A stretch of 64,000 nucleotides of DNA from the IMG/VR virus record IMGVR_UViG_3300043446_004500, positions 1 to 64,000 of that record; one strand, 5' to 3'. Under the pieces are notes generated by a model. That model did not search any database. It was not told where the DNA came from and saw only the letters and a list, made by a program, of their open reading frames with translations. The position numbers and the translations under genes were made by a program. This stretch comes from a virus. Shown in pieces: positions 19,788 to 29,721 of this stretch. Position 1 is the first letter of the stretch. Every line of letters starts with the position of its first letter.

Positions 19788-19809
19788 CTATTTGATTTGA
19801 TGGTATTAT
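19781..19809 (+). promoter_or_regulatory. Sigma70-type promoter for gp55 (TTGTCA-17-TATTAT, extended -10 TG)
   Basis: Motif spacing read from sequence. Confidence 0.55.
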
Positions 19810-19834
19810 TGATACATAATAATGATAAAAACTT

Positions 19835-20329
19835 ATGATAACCACGGCAGTCATGACCAAGAGAAAAAGGTCAGAGCATTACGTCAATAATAAAGAGTTT
19901 CTTGCTGCTCTAATTAGGTATCGTGAAGATAAAGAAATTGCAGAGATTCAAGGAAAACCAAAACCTCCTATTCCACGATATATTGGAGAGTGTTTTTTGA
20001 AGATCGCAAATCATCTCTCTTTTAAACCTAACTTTGTGAATTACATGTTTAAAGAAGACATGATTTCCGATGGCATTGAAAATTGTGTACAGTACATTCA
20101 CAATTTCAATCCCGAGAAGTCTCAGAATCCTTTTGCATATTTTACTCAAATCATTCACTATGCATTTCTAAGACGTATTCAAAGAGAAAAACGTCAGATG
20201 GAAATCAAAAATAAAATTCTTGAAAAATCTGGATACTCTGAAGTATTTGAGGACAATTCCCTTGACGGATCCAACTATTCAGATTACAATAGTATTAAGG
20301 ATAATATCCATTCTAAACTTCGTTACTGA
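19835..20329 (+). CDS. gp55: Late transcription sigma factor
   Basis: HYVNNKEFL, NPFAYFTQIIHYAFLRRIQREK. Confidence 0.95.
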   Translation: MITTAVMTKRKRSEHYVNNKEFLAALIRYREDKEIAEIQGKPKPPIPRYIGECFLKIANHLSFKPNFVNYMFKEDMISDGIENCVQYIHNFNPEKSQNPFAYFTQIIHYAFLRRIQREKRQMEIKNKILEKSGYSEVFEDNSLDGSNYSDYNSIKDNIHSKLRY

Positions 20330-21363
20330 TGCGTATTGCTTTGATTAACGACACTCACTATGGTGCTCGTAAAGGTTCAAAACTATTTCATGATTATTTT
20401 GAACTCTTCTATAAGAATGTGTTCTTCCCGACGCTGGAACAGTACGGGATCACAACAGTTATTCACATGGGAGATGCTTTTGATAGTCGTAAATCAATTG
20501 ACTATCAAAGTTTAGAGTGGGCAAAAAGAGTTGTATTTGATCCTCTCTCCAAATATGACGTTCATATGATTGTTGGTAATCATGATTCTTACTATAAGAA
20601 TACAAATAATACCAATTCTCCACAACTTCTTCTTAAAGATTATCCAAATGTAAAAACATATTCAAGTCCAACAGAAATTAAAGTAGGAAATCTTGATATT
20701 CTACTTCTTCCTTGGATTTGTATGGATAATGAACAACAATCTTTGAAGATGATTCAAAAGACCAATGCAAAAGTTGCTATGGGTCATTTAGAACTTCAGG
20801 GATTTCGGGTGAATCGTTCTTTGGTTATGGATCATGGATTGGAAGCAGATATTTTTAAAAACTTCAAAAAGGTATTTTCTGGTCATTACCACACTCGTTC
20901 TAATAATGGAACTGTATTCTATACGGGAAATCCTTATGAGATTTACTGGACGGATGTAGGTGATACTCGTGGATTTACTATTTTTGATACTGAAACTCTA
21001 GAGCATGAACCAATAAACAATCCTTATAAAATGTTTTATAACATTTACTATGAGGACACTAACTATCAAACTTTTGATACAAGGGAATATGAAAACAAAA
21101 TCGTAAAAGTTGTCGTTCGCAAAAAGTCAGACACAAAAAAGTTTGAAAAGTTTATTGATAAACTTTATTCTTCAAATATTGCCGAACTCAAAGTTGTAGA
21201 AAACTTTGAAATTCAAGAATCTGAAAATTTTGAAGCATTTGAATCTGAAGATACACTTTCTATCTTAAATAGATACGTAGAGGAATCTGAAGTAAATATT
21301 GATAAATCAATTATTCAAAAATTACTTCAAGAAGTTTATCAAGAGGCATGTGAACTAGTCTAA
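20329..21363 (+). CDS. gp47: Recombination endonuclease (Mre11/SbcD-like)
   Basis: DTHYG, GDAFD, GNHD, SGHYH metallophosphoesterase motifs. Confidence 0.95.
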   Translation: MRIALINDTHYGARKGSKLFHDYFELFYKNVFFPTLEQYGITTVIHMGDAFDSRKSIDYQSLEWAKRVVFDPLSKYDVHMIVGNHDSYYKNTNNTNSPQLLLKDYPNVKTYSSPTEIKVGNLDILLLPWICMDNEQQSLKMIQKTNAKVAMGHLELQGFRVNRSLVMDHGLEADIFKNFKKVFSGHYHTRSNNGTVFYTGNPYEIYWTDVGDTRGFTIFDTETLEHEPINNPYKMFYNIYYEDTNYQTFDTREYENKIVKVVVRKKSDTKKFEKFIDKLYSSNIAELKVVENFEIQESENFEAFESEDTLSILNRYVEESEVNIDKSIIQKLLQEVYQEACELV

Positions 21364-21364
21364 A

Positions 21365-21637
21365 ATGTTTATTTTAACCATCAACGGAAGAGAAACAGAA
21401 GGAGCATATTCAGTTCAAAATGAAGATGGAGAACAAATTCTTTATCTTTTTGAAGAAGAGGATGATGCTATTCGTTTTGCAATGATGCTTGAGGAAGATG
21501 GTTATCCTGAGATGCATGTTCTTGAAATTGAAGATGAAGTTATGATAAAAACTTGCGAAATGCACGGATACGACTATACTGTTATTACTTCTGATGATAT
21601 TGTAATCCCGCCAAATACTTATCATGATTTTATTTAA
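21365..21637 (+). CDS. Conserved hypothetical protein
   Basis: FEEEDDA.RFA..L motif; between gp47 and gp46. Confidence 0.65.
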   Translation: MFILTINGRETEGAYSVQNEDGEQILYLFEEEDDAIRFAMMLEEDGYPEMHVLEIEDEVMIKTCEMHGYDYTVITSDDIVIPPNTYHDFI

Positions 21638-23336
21638 AAAAATCCGATGGAAAAATTTCTTAAGCACTGGAAATAGTTTCACCGAACTTGATCTTACTCA
21701 GCACTCTACAAATTTAATCATCGGTACAAATGGTGCGGGTAAGTCCACAGTTCTTGATGCTCTGTGCTTTTCTTTGTTTGGTAAACCATTTCGTAAGATT
21801 AATAAACCTCAATTAGCCAATACTGTAAACGAAAAAGATTGTAAAGTTGAAGTAGAATTTTCCATCGGAAAAACGGAATGGAAAGTGGTTCGTGGAATCA
21901 AGCCAGCAGTATTTGAAATTGAAAGAGATGGTAAAATTCTTGATCAATCTTCTGCTGCTCTTGATCAGCAAAAATGGTTGGAACAAAGTGTTCTTAAAAT
22001 GAACTATAAGTCCTTTACTCAGATTGTAATTCTGGGATCAAGTACTTTTGTTCCCTTTATGCAACTTTCTGCAGCACATCGTAGAGAAGTGATTGAGGAT
22101 CTTCTTGATATTAAGATCTTTTCTTCTATGAATGTCGTGATCAAGGAAAAAATTCGTTCCCTCAAAGAAGAAATCAAAACTTTAGAACTTAAGAAAGAAT
22201 CACTTCTTGATAAAGTTAAAATGCAAAACAACTTTATTGAGGAGTTGGAAAATCGTGGGAAAGATAACATAAACAATAATAATCGGAAAATTTCCGATTT
22301 AATGCAAGAAGTTGAACGATATATGGGAGAAAACCTCCTCATTGAAGAGGATATTTTTAAACACACTGAGAGACAAGAACTTGTAACAGGTGCTGCAGAA
22401 AAACTTCGCAAGTTGGGTAATCTAAAAGGAAAGATTTCTCAGAAGGTATCGACAATTACTAAGGAGCATAAGTTTTTCACTGAGAATACGGTTTGTCCTA
22501 CCTGCACACAAGAGATTGATGAGACCTTCAGGATAAATAGGATTAACGACGCTCAAGATAAAGCAAAGGAGTTGCAATCTGGTTATAAAGAACTAGAGGA
22601 GGCAATTAAAGAAGAAGAACTGCGAGAGCGTCAATTTACCATCCTATCTAAGGAGATTACAAAACTAACGAATGAAATTTCTCAAAACAATACTCGGATT
22701 TCCCTCAACCAGAGACAAATCAGAGATCTTGAAAATGAAATTCAAACTATTACCGAACAACTTAAAAACCGAAATACTGAACATCAGAAGTTAGAGGAAT
22801 TTAAAAACAATCTCCAAATTGCATACGACGAACTAGCAGAAAAAAAGGACTCTATTAATTATTACGATTTTACGTATAGTTTACTTAAAGACGGTGGAGT
22901 AAAGACCAAAATCATTAAGAAGTATCTGCCACTGATAAATCAGCAAGTTAACCGTTATCTACAGATGATGGATTTCTATATTAACTTCACTCTTGATGAG
23001 GAATTTAACGAAACCGTCCAGTCTCCAATTCATGAAGATTTTTCTTATGCATCTTTTAGTGAAGGTGAAAAAATGAGAATTGACCTTGCACTTCTCTTCA
23101 CTTGGCGTGAAGTTGCGAGGATGAAAAATTCCGTGAATACTAATCTATTAATTATGGACGAAGTATTTGATTCTTCACTTGATGGATTTGGAACAGAAGA
23201 ATTTTTAAAAATTATTAAATATGTAATTAAGGATGCAAACGTATTTGTAATTTCTCATAAAACTGGACTTGATGATAGATTTGAAAACGTAATCAAATTT
23301 GAAAAAGTAAAAGGATTTAGTAGGATGGTTTCTTAA
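21624..23336 (+). CDS. gp46: Recombination ATPase (Rad50/SbcC-like)
   Basis: GTNGAGKST, CPTC hook, FSEGEK signature, MDEVFD. Confidence 0.96.
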   Translation: MILFKKIRWKNFLSTGNSFTELDLTQHSTNLIIGTNGAGKSTVLDALCFSLFGKPFRKINKPQLANTVNEKDCKVEVEFSIGKTEWKVVRGIKPAVFEIERDGKILDQSSAALDQQKWLEQSVLKMNYKSFTQIVILGSSTFVPFMQLSAAHRREVIEDLLDIKIFSSMNVVIKEKIRSLKEEIKTLELKKESLLDKVKMQNNFIEELENRGKDNINNNNRKISDLMQEVERYMGENLLIEEDIFKHTERQELVTGAAEKLRKLGNLKGKISQKVSTITKEHKFFTENTVCPTCTQEIDETFRINRINDAQDKAKELQSGYKELEEAIKEEELRERQFTILSKEITKLTNEISQNNTRISLNQRQIRDLENEIQTITEQLKNRNTEHQKLEEFKNNLQIAYDELAEKKDSINYYDFTYSLLKDGGVKTKIIKKYLPLINQQVNRYLQMMDFYINFTLDEEFNETVQSPIHEDFSYASFSEGEKMRIDLALLFTWREVARMKNSVNTNLLIMDEVFDSSLDGFGTEEFLKIIKYVIKDANVFVISHKTGLDDRFENVIKFEKVKGFSRMVS

Positions 23337-23412
23337 GTGGCACAAGACAAAGACTGGTTAGATCGTTTAGTTGATAGGATGAGTGACTGGTTTGATTCAC
23401 TAACAGAGTACG

Positions 23413-23559
23413 ATGAGACACAAAATCTGGGAGAGTGGTCGTACTCCATTTCGGAGGAACGACAAGGGGAAGAAGAAACCTCAAGCAATTAGACAAGCAA
23501 AAGCACGAAGACAAGCACTCAAGAAGCATCTCAAAAATAGAGATGCTTCTTTTTTATAA
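23413..23559 (+). CDS. Small basic hypothetical protein (48 aa); not in ORF track
   Basis: MRHKIWESGRTPFRRNDKGKKKPQAIRQAKARRQALKKHLK... Confidence 0.4.
   Translation: MRHKIWESGRTPFRRNDKGKKKPQAIRQAKARRQALKKHLKNRDASFL
23521..23555 (+). terminator. Terminator hairpin
   Basis: AAGAAGCATCTC...GAGATGCTTCTT + T run. Confidence 0.7.
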
Positions 23560-23582
23560 ATATATAAAAAGTCTTTATAAAA

Positions 23583-24668
23583 ATGGAAAGTAAGGAAATT
23601 CGAGGATTGATGGAAGCATATGTTTCAGTTTATGCTCCACAGCAAGAACTTAATGAAGAAGTTACAATTGCTGCTCATTATTTCTATGAAATGGGTTTGA
23701 ACGAAGATGGTGTTGATATTTTAATTGAAGAACTTGGTGTAGAAGAATTTGCCGAGTTTGTTTATGATATTTCTGAAGAGTATGTTTTAGCAGAAGCAAG
23801 AGCAGGTGGTGCAAGAATTGAACCTGTAACTGCAAAAGGACAAAAGTTTAAATCTGGAAAACCAACTGGCAAATCTCTTGCTAGACTTCGTGCTCAAAAA
23901 GAAGCAAGAAAATCCGCAGAAGAAAAAGCATCCGCATCAAAACCATCTGGATTGAAGGCATCCCTACAAAGACAATCTGCAGTTGCTACTGCTGCAAAGA
24001 AACAACCAAAGAAACCAGGTATTTTTGATCGTGTTGTAAGTGCTGTTGATAGAGGAATTGCAAGACATAATGCTGCTATGGGTGAACTGCAGAAAATGAA
24101 AGCAGCAACTGCCGTAACTGCAGGTAAAGTTAAAAAAGCTGCTGGACAATTTAAAAAGGGTTTTACTGGTGAAGAAATAGAACTTCAGGGTTATGTTGCA
24201 TCAAAGAAACTTGAAGAGGGCCATGATAGCAGAATGGGAAGAGGTGAAATGGGTGAACCAAAAGAAACTCAATACCCAAAAGTTGATAAGAAGCAGTATG
24301 ATAAGGATATGGATTTCTGGAAATCAAGAATTAGAACAGCTACAGCTCAGTTTAGATTGAAGAAAAGGGGTAAAGTCCCTAAAAAGGGTGGTAAGGATAT
24401 GTTTGAGCATATCCTAGAACACCTAGTTGCCGAAGGTTATGCGGATACAAATGAGGCAGCAATAGCTATTATGGCAAACATGAGTGAAGAATGGAAGCAG
24501 AGTATTGTTGAAGAAACCAAGAGAACAGAATATCTTCAAAAAAAATTTAATAAAGAAAATCAAAGAAAATCTGGTTCTGCTCATACTTACATTCCGGGAA
24601 AACAAAACACTGGACAAGCGTTAATAAAATCAAGAGAGTCTGAAAGACATATGCGTGGTGAGAATTGA
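23583..24668 (+). CDS. EAY/GYA-family protein, copy 1 (putative capsid-internal)
   Basis: Late promoter at 23555; N-terminal KEIRGLMEAY; conserved domain EHLVAEGYADTNEAAIAIMANMSEEW. Confidence 0.6.
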   Translation: MESKEIRGLMEAYVSVYAPQQELNEEVTIAAHYFYEMGLNEDGVDILIEELGVEEFAEFVYDISEEYVLAEARAGGARIEPVTAKGQKFKSGKPTGKSLARLRAQKEARKSAEEKASASKPSGLKASLQRQSAVATAAKKQPKKPGIFDRVVSAVDRGIARHNAAMGELQKMKAATAVTAGKVKKAAGQFKKGFTGEEIELQGYVASKKLEEGHDSRMGRGEMGEPKETQYPKVDKKQYDKDMDFWKSRIRTATAQFRLKKRGKVPKKGGKDMFEHILEHLVAEGYADTNEAAIAIMANMSEEWKQSIVEETKRTEYLQKKFNKENQRKSGSAHTYIPGKQNTGQALIKSRESERHMRGEN

Positions 24669-24724
24669 GACCACTTTTCAAACTGTCCACATGGAGGTCG
24701 CAAGACCTCCTTTTTTTGTATAAT
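24669..24724 (+). promoter_or_regulatory. Palindromic early motif + terminator hairpin + TATAAT
   Basis: GACCACTT-N4-AACTGTCCAC; GGAGGTC-GCAA-GACCTCC-T7; TATAAT at 24719. Confidence 0.55.
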
Positions 24725-24746
24725 AAGGTCATCCGAAACAAAACCA

Positions 24747-26927
24747 ATGGCTGTCCGTCACGAAATCAAATCCCAACTTGCCAAACTTCTTGCCACTGAA
24801 GATCTTGTAGTTGAGCACAAGAAAGTGGAAACTGCCTGTTTTAATGTTCACACTAGGGTTTTGACTCTTCCTCTCTGGGAACGGGCAAGCAACACCGTAT
24901 ACGACCTTCTGGTGGGTCATGAGGTTGGACATGCACTGTTCACTCCCAATGAAGATTGGGAAGAAAAATATAAAGTTCCTCAACAATTTGTGAATGTTGT
25001 TGAGGATGCTCGTGTAGAAAAATTGATGAAACGCAAGTACATGGGACTTGCTAAAACATTCTTTAATGGTTATAAGGAACTAAAAGATCAGGACTTCTTT
25101 CAATTGGAAGGTGAAGATATTTCAAAACTGAATCTTGCTGATCGTGCAAATCTTTATTTTAAAATTGGGAACTTTCTTCCTTTGGATTTTAATCCTGAGG
25201 AAAAGGAAATCGTTGATCTGATTGCTGTAAGTGAAACTTTTGCTGATGTGATGATTGCGGCAGAAGAACTTTACAAATACTGTAAAAAAGAACAACAGCA
25301 GCAAAAACTTCCTGATCTTGATTCTCATCAAAAACAAGATAACGGAGCAAAAACACCTTCAACCGAAACTGTAGAAACTGAGTCTGAGCAAGAATCGGAA
25401 GAAAATAATAATTCTAGTCAATCTCAGCAAGAAAATACTACTCCTGGAAATGCTCAAGGAGAACAAGTTTCTGTAAGCAGTTCTGCTCCAGAAAAAGAAC
25501 CTGAAATTCGCACTGCAGATTCTTTGGAAAATAAACTCCGTGATCTTGTGAATAACTCTGGATATGAAAACATTTACATTGAGATTCCTAAACTGAATCT
25601 TAATACTGTGATTGCTTCTAATACTGAAGTTCATAAAGAGATCAATAACTCTTTTAAAACTCAACAAAATTCTTATAACATCGTAAAACCAAACGATCCC
25701 AAAAATTTGTTTCAGGAATCTGATGAAGAATTTAGAAAGTTCAAACTATCTGCTCAGAAAGAAGTCAACTATCTTGTAAAGGAATTTGAGTGTCGTAAAG
25801 CAGCAGATCAGTATGCCCGTGCTTCTACTGCTCGCACTGGTGTTCTTGACACTGCCCGTCTACATTCTTATAAGTTTAGTGAAGACCTGTTCAAAAAAGT
25901 AACTATTCTTCCTGATGGTAAAAATCACGGACTGGTTTTTATTCTTGATTGGTCGGGTTCAATGCAAAACGTTCTTTTAGATACTTGCAAGCAACTCTTT
26001 AATCTTGTTTGGTTTTGTAAAAAAGTTTCTATTCCATTTGAAGTGTATGCATTTACTAATGAATGGCGTCGTTATCAGATTGATTATGAAACTGGTAAAT
26101 ACCTTCCTTCAGATAGAACTCCTCATTATGAAAGTAAAGAGCATGTATTTGACATTTCTGAAGATTTCAATCTAATGAATATTCTTACCAGTAAAGTTTC
26201 TGGAAATGAACTTGAAAAACAGTTGCTGAATATTTGGAGGATTGCTGATTGTTTCCGTAACACCTATGGATCTTCGTATACTTATCCCCCTCGTCTCTGT
26301 CTCTCTGGAACTCCTCTAAATGAAGCACTTGTATGCCTTCATCAGATTCTTCCAAAATTCCAGCAAGAGAATAAACTCCAAAAAGTTCAGTGCATTGTTC
26401 TTACTGATGGAGAAGCATCTCATCTTCCTTATACTGTTGAGGTCAAACGTGGTTGGGAAAAAGAACCTTATATGGGAACTCGCCACGTAAATCCAAATAC
26501 TACAATTCTCCGTGATCGTAAACTTGGAACTACTTATAAGTTTGACTATGATGGATTTGGATATCATCATTTTACTGATGTTCTTCTAAAAAATCTTAAG
26601 GATAAGTTCTCATCTGTAAATTTCATTGGTATTCGTGTACTTGAACCTCGTCAAGCACAGAGTTTCATCAATCTTTATCACAAAGTATCTGACAAACAAT
26701 ATGGTCCCATACAAAATGACTGGAAAAAACTGAGGAGTTTTACAATTACTGGATCTGGGTATGATGCATACTTTGGTCTCTCATCTACTGCACTCTCTCA
26801 AGAATCGGAATTTGAGGTTGCAGAAACAGCAACCAAAGCACAAATTAAATCTGCATTTGTTAAGTCACTTAAGACCAAAAAACTAAATAAAAAAGTTCTT
26901 GGCGAGTTCATTTCTCTTGTTGCATAA
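24747..26927 (+). CDS. Peptidase/vWA protein (CobT-like), partner of the CobS-like AAA ATPase
   Basis: HEVGH zincin motif, EDARVE, vWA MIDAS DWSGS, GTPL, LTDG. Confidence 0.8.
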   Translation: MAVRHEIKSQLAKLLATEDLVVEHKKVETACFNVHTRVLTLPLWERASNTVYDLLVGHEVGHALFTPNEDWEEKYKVPQQFVNVVEDARVEKLMKRKYMGLAKTFFNGYKELKDQDFFQLEGEDISKLNLADRANLYFKIGNFLPLDFNPEEKEIVDLIAVSETFADVMIAAEELYKYCKKEQQQQKLPDLDSHQKQDNGAKTPSTETVETESEQESEENNNSSQSQQENTTPGNAQGEQVSVSSSAPEKEPEIRTADSLENKLRDLVNNSGYENIYIEIPKLNLNTVIASNTEVHKEINNSFKTQQNSYNIVKPNDPKNLFQESDEEFRKFKLSAQKEVNYLVKEFECRKAADQYARASTARTGVLDTARLHSYKFSEDLFKKVTILPDGKNHGLVFILDWSGSMQNVLLDTCKQLFNLVWFCKKVSIPFEVYAFTNEWRRYQIDYETGKYLPSDRTPHYESKEHVFDISEDFNLMNILTSKVSGNELEKQLLNIWRIADCFRNTYGSSYTYPPRLCLSGTPLNEALVCLHQILPKFQQENKLQKVQCIVLTDGEASHLPYTVEVKRGWEKEPYMGTRHVNPNTTILRDRKLGTTYKFDYDGFGYHHFTDVLLKNLKDKFSSVNFIGIRVLEPRQAQSFINLYHKVSDKQYGPIQNDWKKLRSFTITGSGYDAYFGLSSTALSQESEFEVAETATKAQIKSAFVKSLKTKKLNKKVLGEFISLVA

Positions 26928-27023
26928 TCAACAGTGTGCCAGTTAAATCACTGGCACACCCCTTTGAGAAATGGCCCTCTTTTTGCCCTATAATAACTTC
27001 AGTTGAAACAAACCACTCACATC

Positions 27024-28151
27024 ATGACTCGCATCCAAATGACCGACGATCAAATTCTTACCGACCTTAAAACCACTTTTGGTTCTGTAATTACTGCTGC
27101 AGACGTTCGTGGTTATTGTGCATCCAAAAATCTTTCTTATCCCACTGTTACCAAACGACTAGATTCTTTCAAAGTTGGTCGTGGTAAGTGGAATCTAGAA
27201 GTAACTCAACAAAAAGTTCAGGAAATGGAACGTTCATTTAGTAATGTTTCTGTTCTTCCTGAAGTTCATCAAAATCTTATTCCCGATAAAGATGATACCT
27301 TCGTCAAGTTTGGTAACTTTAACGATATTAAAAAAATTATTCAGTCCCGTCTTTTCTATCCTACGTTTATTACGGGTCTTTCGGGTAATGGTAAAACGTT
27401 CAGTGTGGAGCAAGCATGTGCTCAACTCAATCGTGAACTAATCCGTGTCAACATCACCATTGAGACCGACGAGGATGACCTGATTGGTGGTTTCCGTCTT
27501 GTCAACGGTGAGACTGCTTGGCATAACGGTCCCGTAATTGAAGCACTTGAACGTGGAGCAATCCTTCTTCTGGATGAAATTGACCTTGCCTCCAACAAAA
27601 TCCTCTGTCTGCAATCTGTTCTGGAAGGAAAGGGGGTCTTCCTGAAGAAAATTGGTAAGTTTGTCAAACCTGCTGCTGGGTTTAACGTGATTGCGACTGC
27701 AAATACTAAAGGTAAGGGTTCTGATGATGGCCGTTTTATCGGCACCAATGTTTTGAATGAAGCATTCCTGGAACGATTCCCTGTTACCTTTGAACAGTCC
27801 TATCCTGCTCCCACAACCGAGCAGAAGATCCTTGAAGGTATTGCTCTAGATCTTGGAGTGGAAGATCGTGACTTTTGCAAGCGTCTGGTGGATTGGGCAG
27901 ATATCATTCGTAAAACTTTCTATGATGGTGGTATTGAAGAAATCATCAGTACCCGTCGTTTGGTTCATATTGTCCGTGCTTATAGTATTTTTGATAACAA
28001 AGCAAAGGCAATTGATGTATGTACTGCACGATTTGATGATGAAACTAAGCAGGCATTCCTTGAACTCTATGATAAGGTTGATGCTGACTTCCAAATGCCT
28101 ACTGATGGTGAACATGTAACTTTTGACCTTGACCAACAACCCCAATCCTGA
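27024..28151 (+). CDS. cobS: CobS-like MoxR AAA+ ATPase
   Basis: GLSGNGKT, LLLDEID, ATANTKGKG, NEAFLERF. Confidence 0.88.
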   Translation: MTRIQMTDDQILTDLKTTFGSVITAADVRGYCASKNLSYPTVTKRLDSFKVGRGKWNLEVTQQKVQEMERSFSNVSVLPEVHQNLIPDKDDTFVKFGNFNDIKKIIQSRLFYPTFITGLSGNGKTFSVEQACAQLNRELIRVNITIETDEDDLIGGFRLVNGETAWHNGPVIEALERGAILLLDEIDLASNKILCLQSVLEGKGVFLKKIGKFVKPAAGFNVIATANTKGKGSDDGRFIGTNVLNEAFLERFPVTFEQSYPAPTTEQKILEGIALDLGVEDRDFCKRLVDWADIIRKTFYDGGIEEIISTRRLVHIVRAYSIFDNKAKAIDVCTARFDDETKQAFLELYDKVDADFQMPTDGEHVTFDLDQQPQS

Positions 28152-28172
28152 TATAATTTAAAAAGGTAAAAA

Positions 28173-28538
28173 GTGCCTTCCTTTATGATTGAACAAACTT
28201 TTACTATTACTATGAACGAAACAACTAATCATCTTTGGAAATATAATGAGGATAAAATCCTTAAGGATATTCAAGATTATGTAACCAGCACTTACGGCAG
28301 TCATTACTGTGGGCACAATCAAGATTACAAAGATATTCAAACTATTGATCTGATGGCAGCAAAAGATCTTGCTCCTGGTTTTTGTCAAGCAAATATTCTA
28401 AAATATGGAAGTCGTTATGGTGATAAAGACGGACGCAACAAACGTGATCTTCTAAAAGTGATTCACTACGCAATGCTTCTACTTCACTTTGATGGTCATT
28501 ATTCTCGCAAAGATAACGGTCTAACTGAATTTCGTTGA
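28173..28538 (+). CDS. DUF3310-like protein (start uncertain)
   Basis: HY...GFC..NILKY..RYG.K.G....DL.K..HY pattern; TTGACC-17-TATAAT promoter at 28129-28157. Confidence 0.6.
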   Translation: MPSFMIEQTFTITMNETTNHLWKYNEDKILKDIQDYVTSTYGSHYCGHNQDYKDIQTIDLMAAKDLAPGFCQANILKYGSRYGDKDGRNKRDLLKVIHYAMLLLHFDGHYSRKDNGLTEFR

Positions 28539-28543
28539 TTATT

Positions 28544-29209
28544 ATGAAACTATCTGAAACAACTCTAAATCTTCTCAAAAACTTTTCTTCAATCAATCAG
28601 TCCATTCTATTCAAGCAAGGCAATTCACTTCGCACTATTTCTGTGATGAAGAACATTCTTGCCGAAGCAACAATTGAGGAAGATCTTCCTAAGGACTTTG
28701 GTATCTATGATCTAAACCAATTCCTAAACGGTCTCAATCTTCATAACAATCCTGAACTTGATTTTAATAATGAAGGTTATGTCGTGATTCGTGAAGGTAA
28801 AATGCGATCCAAGTATTTCTTCTCAGATCCCAGTGTAATTATTACTCCTCCCGATAAAGACATTGTTCTTCCCAGTCAGGATGTTTGTTTTGAACTGAGT
28901 ACTCAGCAACTAGATAAACTTCTCAAGGCATCTGCAGTTTATCAACTTCCCGATCTTTCTGCTGTTGGTGAAGCAGGTGTAGTTAAACTAGTTGTTCGTG
29001 ACAAGAAGAATGAAACTTCAAACGATTTTTCAATTGTCGTTGGTGAAACTGATAGTGAGTTCGTATTCAACTTCAAAGTAGAAAATATTAAGATTCTGCA
29101 AGGAACTTATGAAGTTGTAATCTCACAAAAACTTTTGTCACAGTTTAAGAGCAAGACATATCCCGTACAGTATTATATTGCTCTGGAACCTGACTCAACT
29201 TTCGGATGA
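28544..29209 (+). CDS. gp45: Sliding clamp
   Basis: MKLS..T...LKNFSSINQS, FGIYDLNQFL, YYIALE. Confidence 0.93.
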   Translation: MKLSETTLNLLKNFSSINQSILFKQGNSLRTISVMKNILAEATIEEDLPKDFGIYDLNQFLNGLNLHNNPELDFNNEGYVVIREGKMRSKYFFSDPSVIITPPDKDIVLPSQDVCFELSTQQLDKLLKASAVYQLPDLSAVGEAGVVKLVVRDKKNETSNDFSIVVGETDSEFVFNFKVENIKILQGTYEVVISQKLLSQFKSKTYPVQYYIALEPDSTFG

Positions 29210-29715
29210 ACATCTTCGTCACAAATCCATTTCCTGCTGAAAGTGCTATCTGCCTTCCCGATAAGCACATTGTCAAAATGCCACTTGAGTGTTGCCAAAT
29301 GCTTAGCATCGTAGCATCGCAGTGGTATTATGGGTATGGGACCCTGCCCAAGGCAGACGGAACCCCTTACAGTACCTCTAAGGGAGCATTCAGGAATCAT
29401 CCCTGCACCAAATGGGCAGCAGAAACCATTGATAATGCTTACTGGTTAATAAAATGGGGGATGAATCTCTGTGATGAGTACTCTGTTCGTTATGGAAAAA
29501 CTCATTCATGTTATAATACACTTGTGGAAGCATATTATTTGTTTCCTAAAGGTAAAATAACAAATGTGACACCTTTTGCTCGTGCAATGCCAGATGAGTA
29601 TAAACTTGACACAAGCATTGACACTTTTACTGCTTACAAGATGTATATCGCATCCAAACCTTGGGTTGCATCTAATTATCTTCGTATGCCGCAACGCAAA
29701 CCTGACTGGGTATAA
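29206..29715 (+). CDS. Pyrimidine-dimer DNA glycosylase-like protein
   Basis: MNIF...DKHIVKMPLE..QML, NHPC..W, AMPDEYK. Confidence 0.6.
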   Translation: MNIFVTNPFPAESAICLPDKHIVKMPLECCQMLSIVASQWYYGYGTLPKADGTPYSTSKGAFRNHPCTKWAAETIDNAYWLIKWGMNLCDEYSVRYGKTHSCYNTLVEAYYLFPKGKITNVTPFARAMPDEYKLDTSIDTFTAYKMYIASKPWVASNYLRMPQRKPDWV

Positions 29716-29721
29716 TTGATT

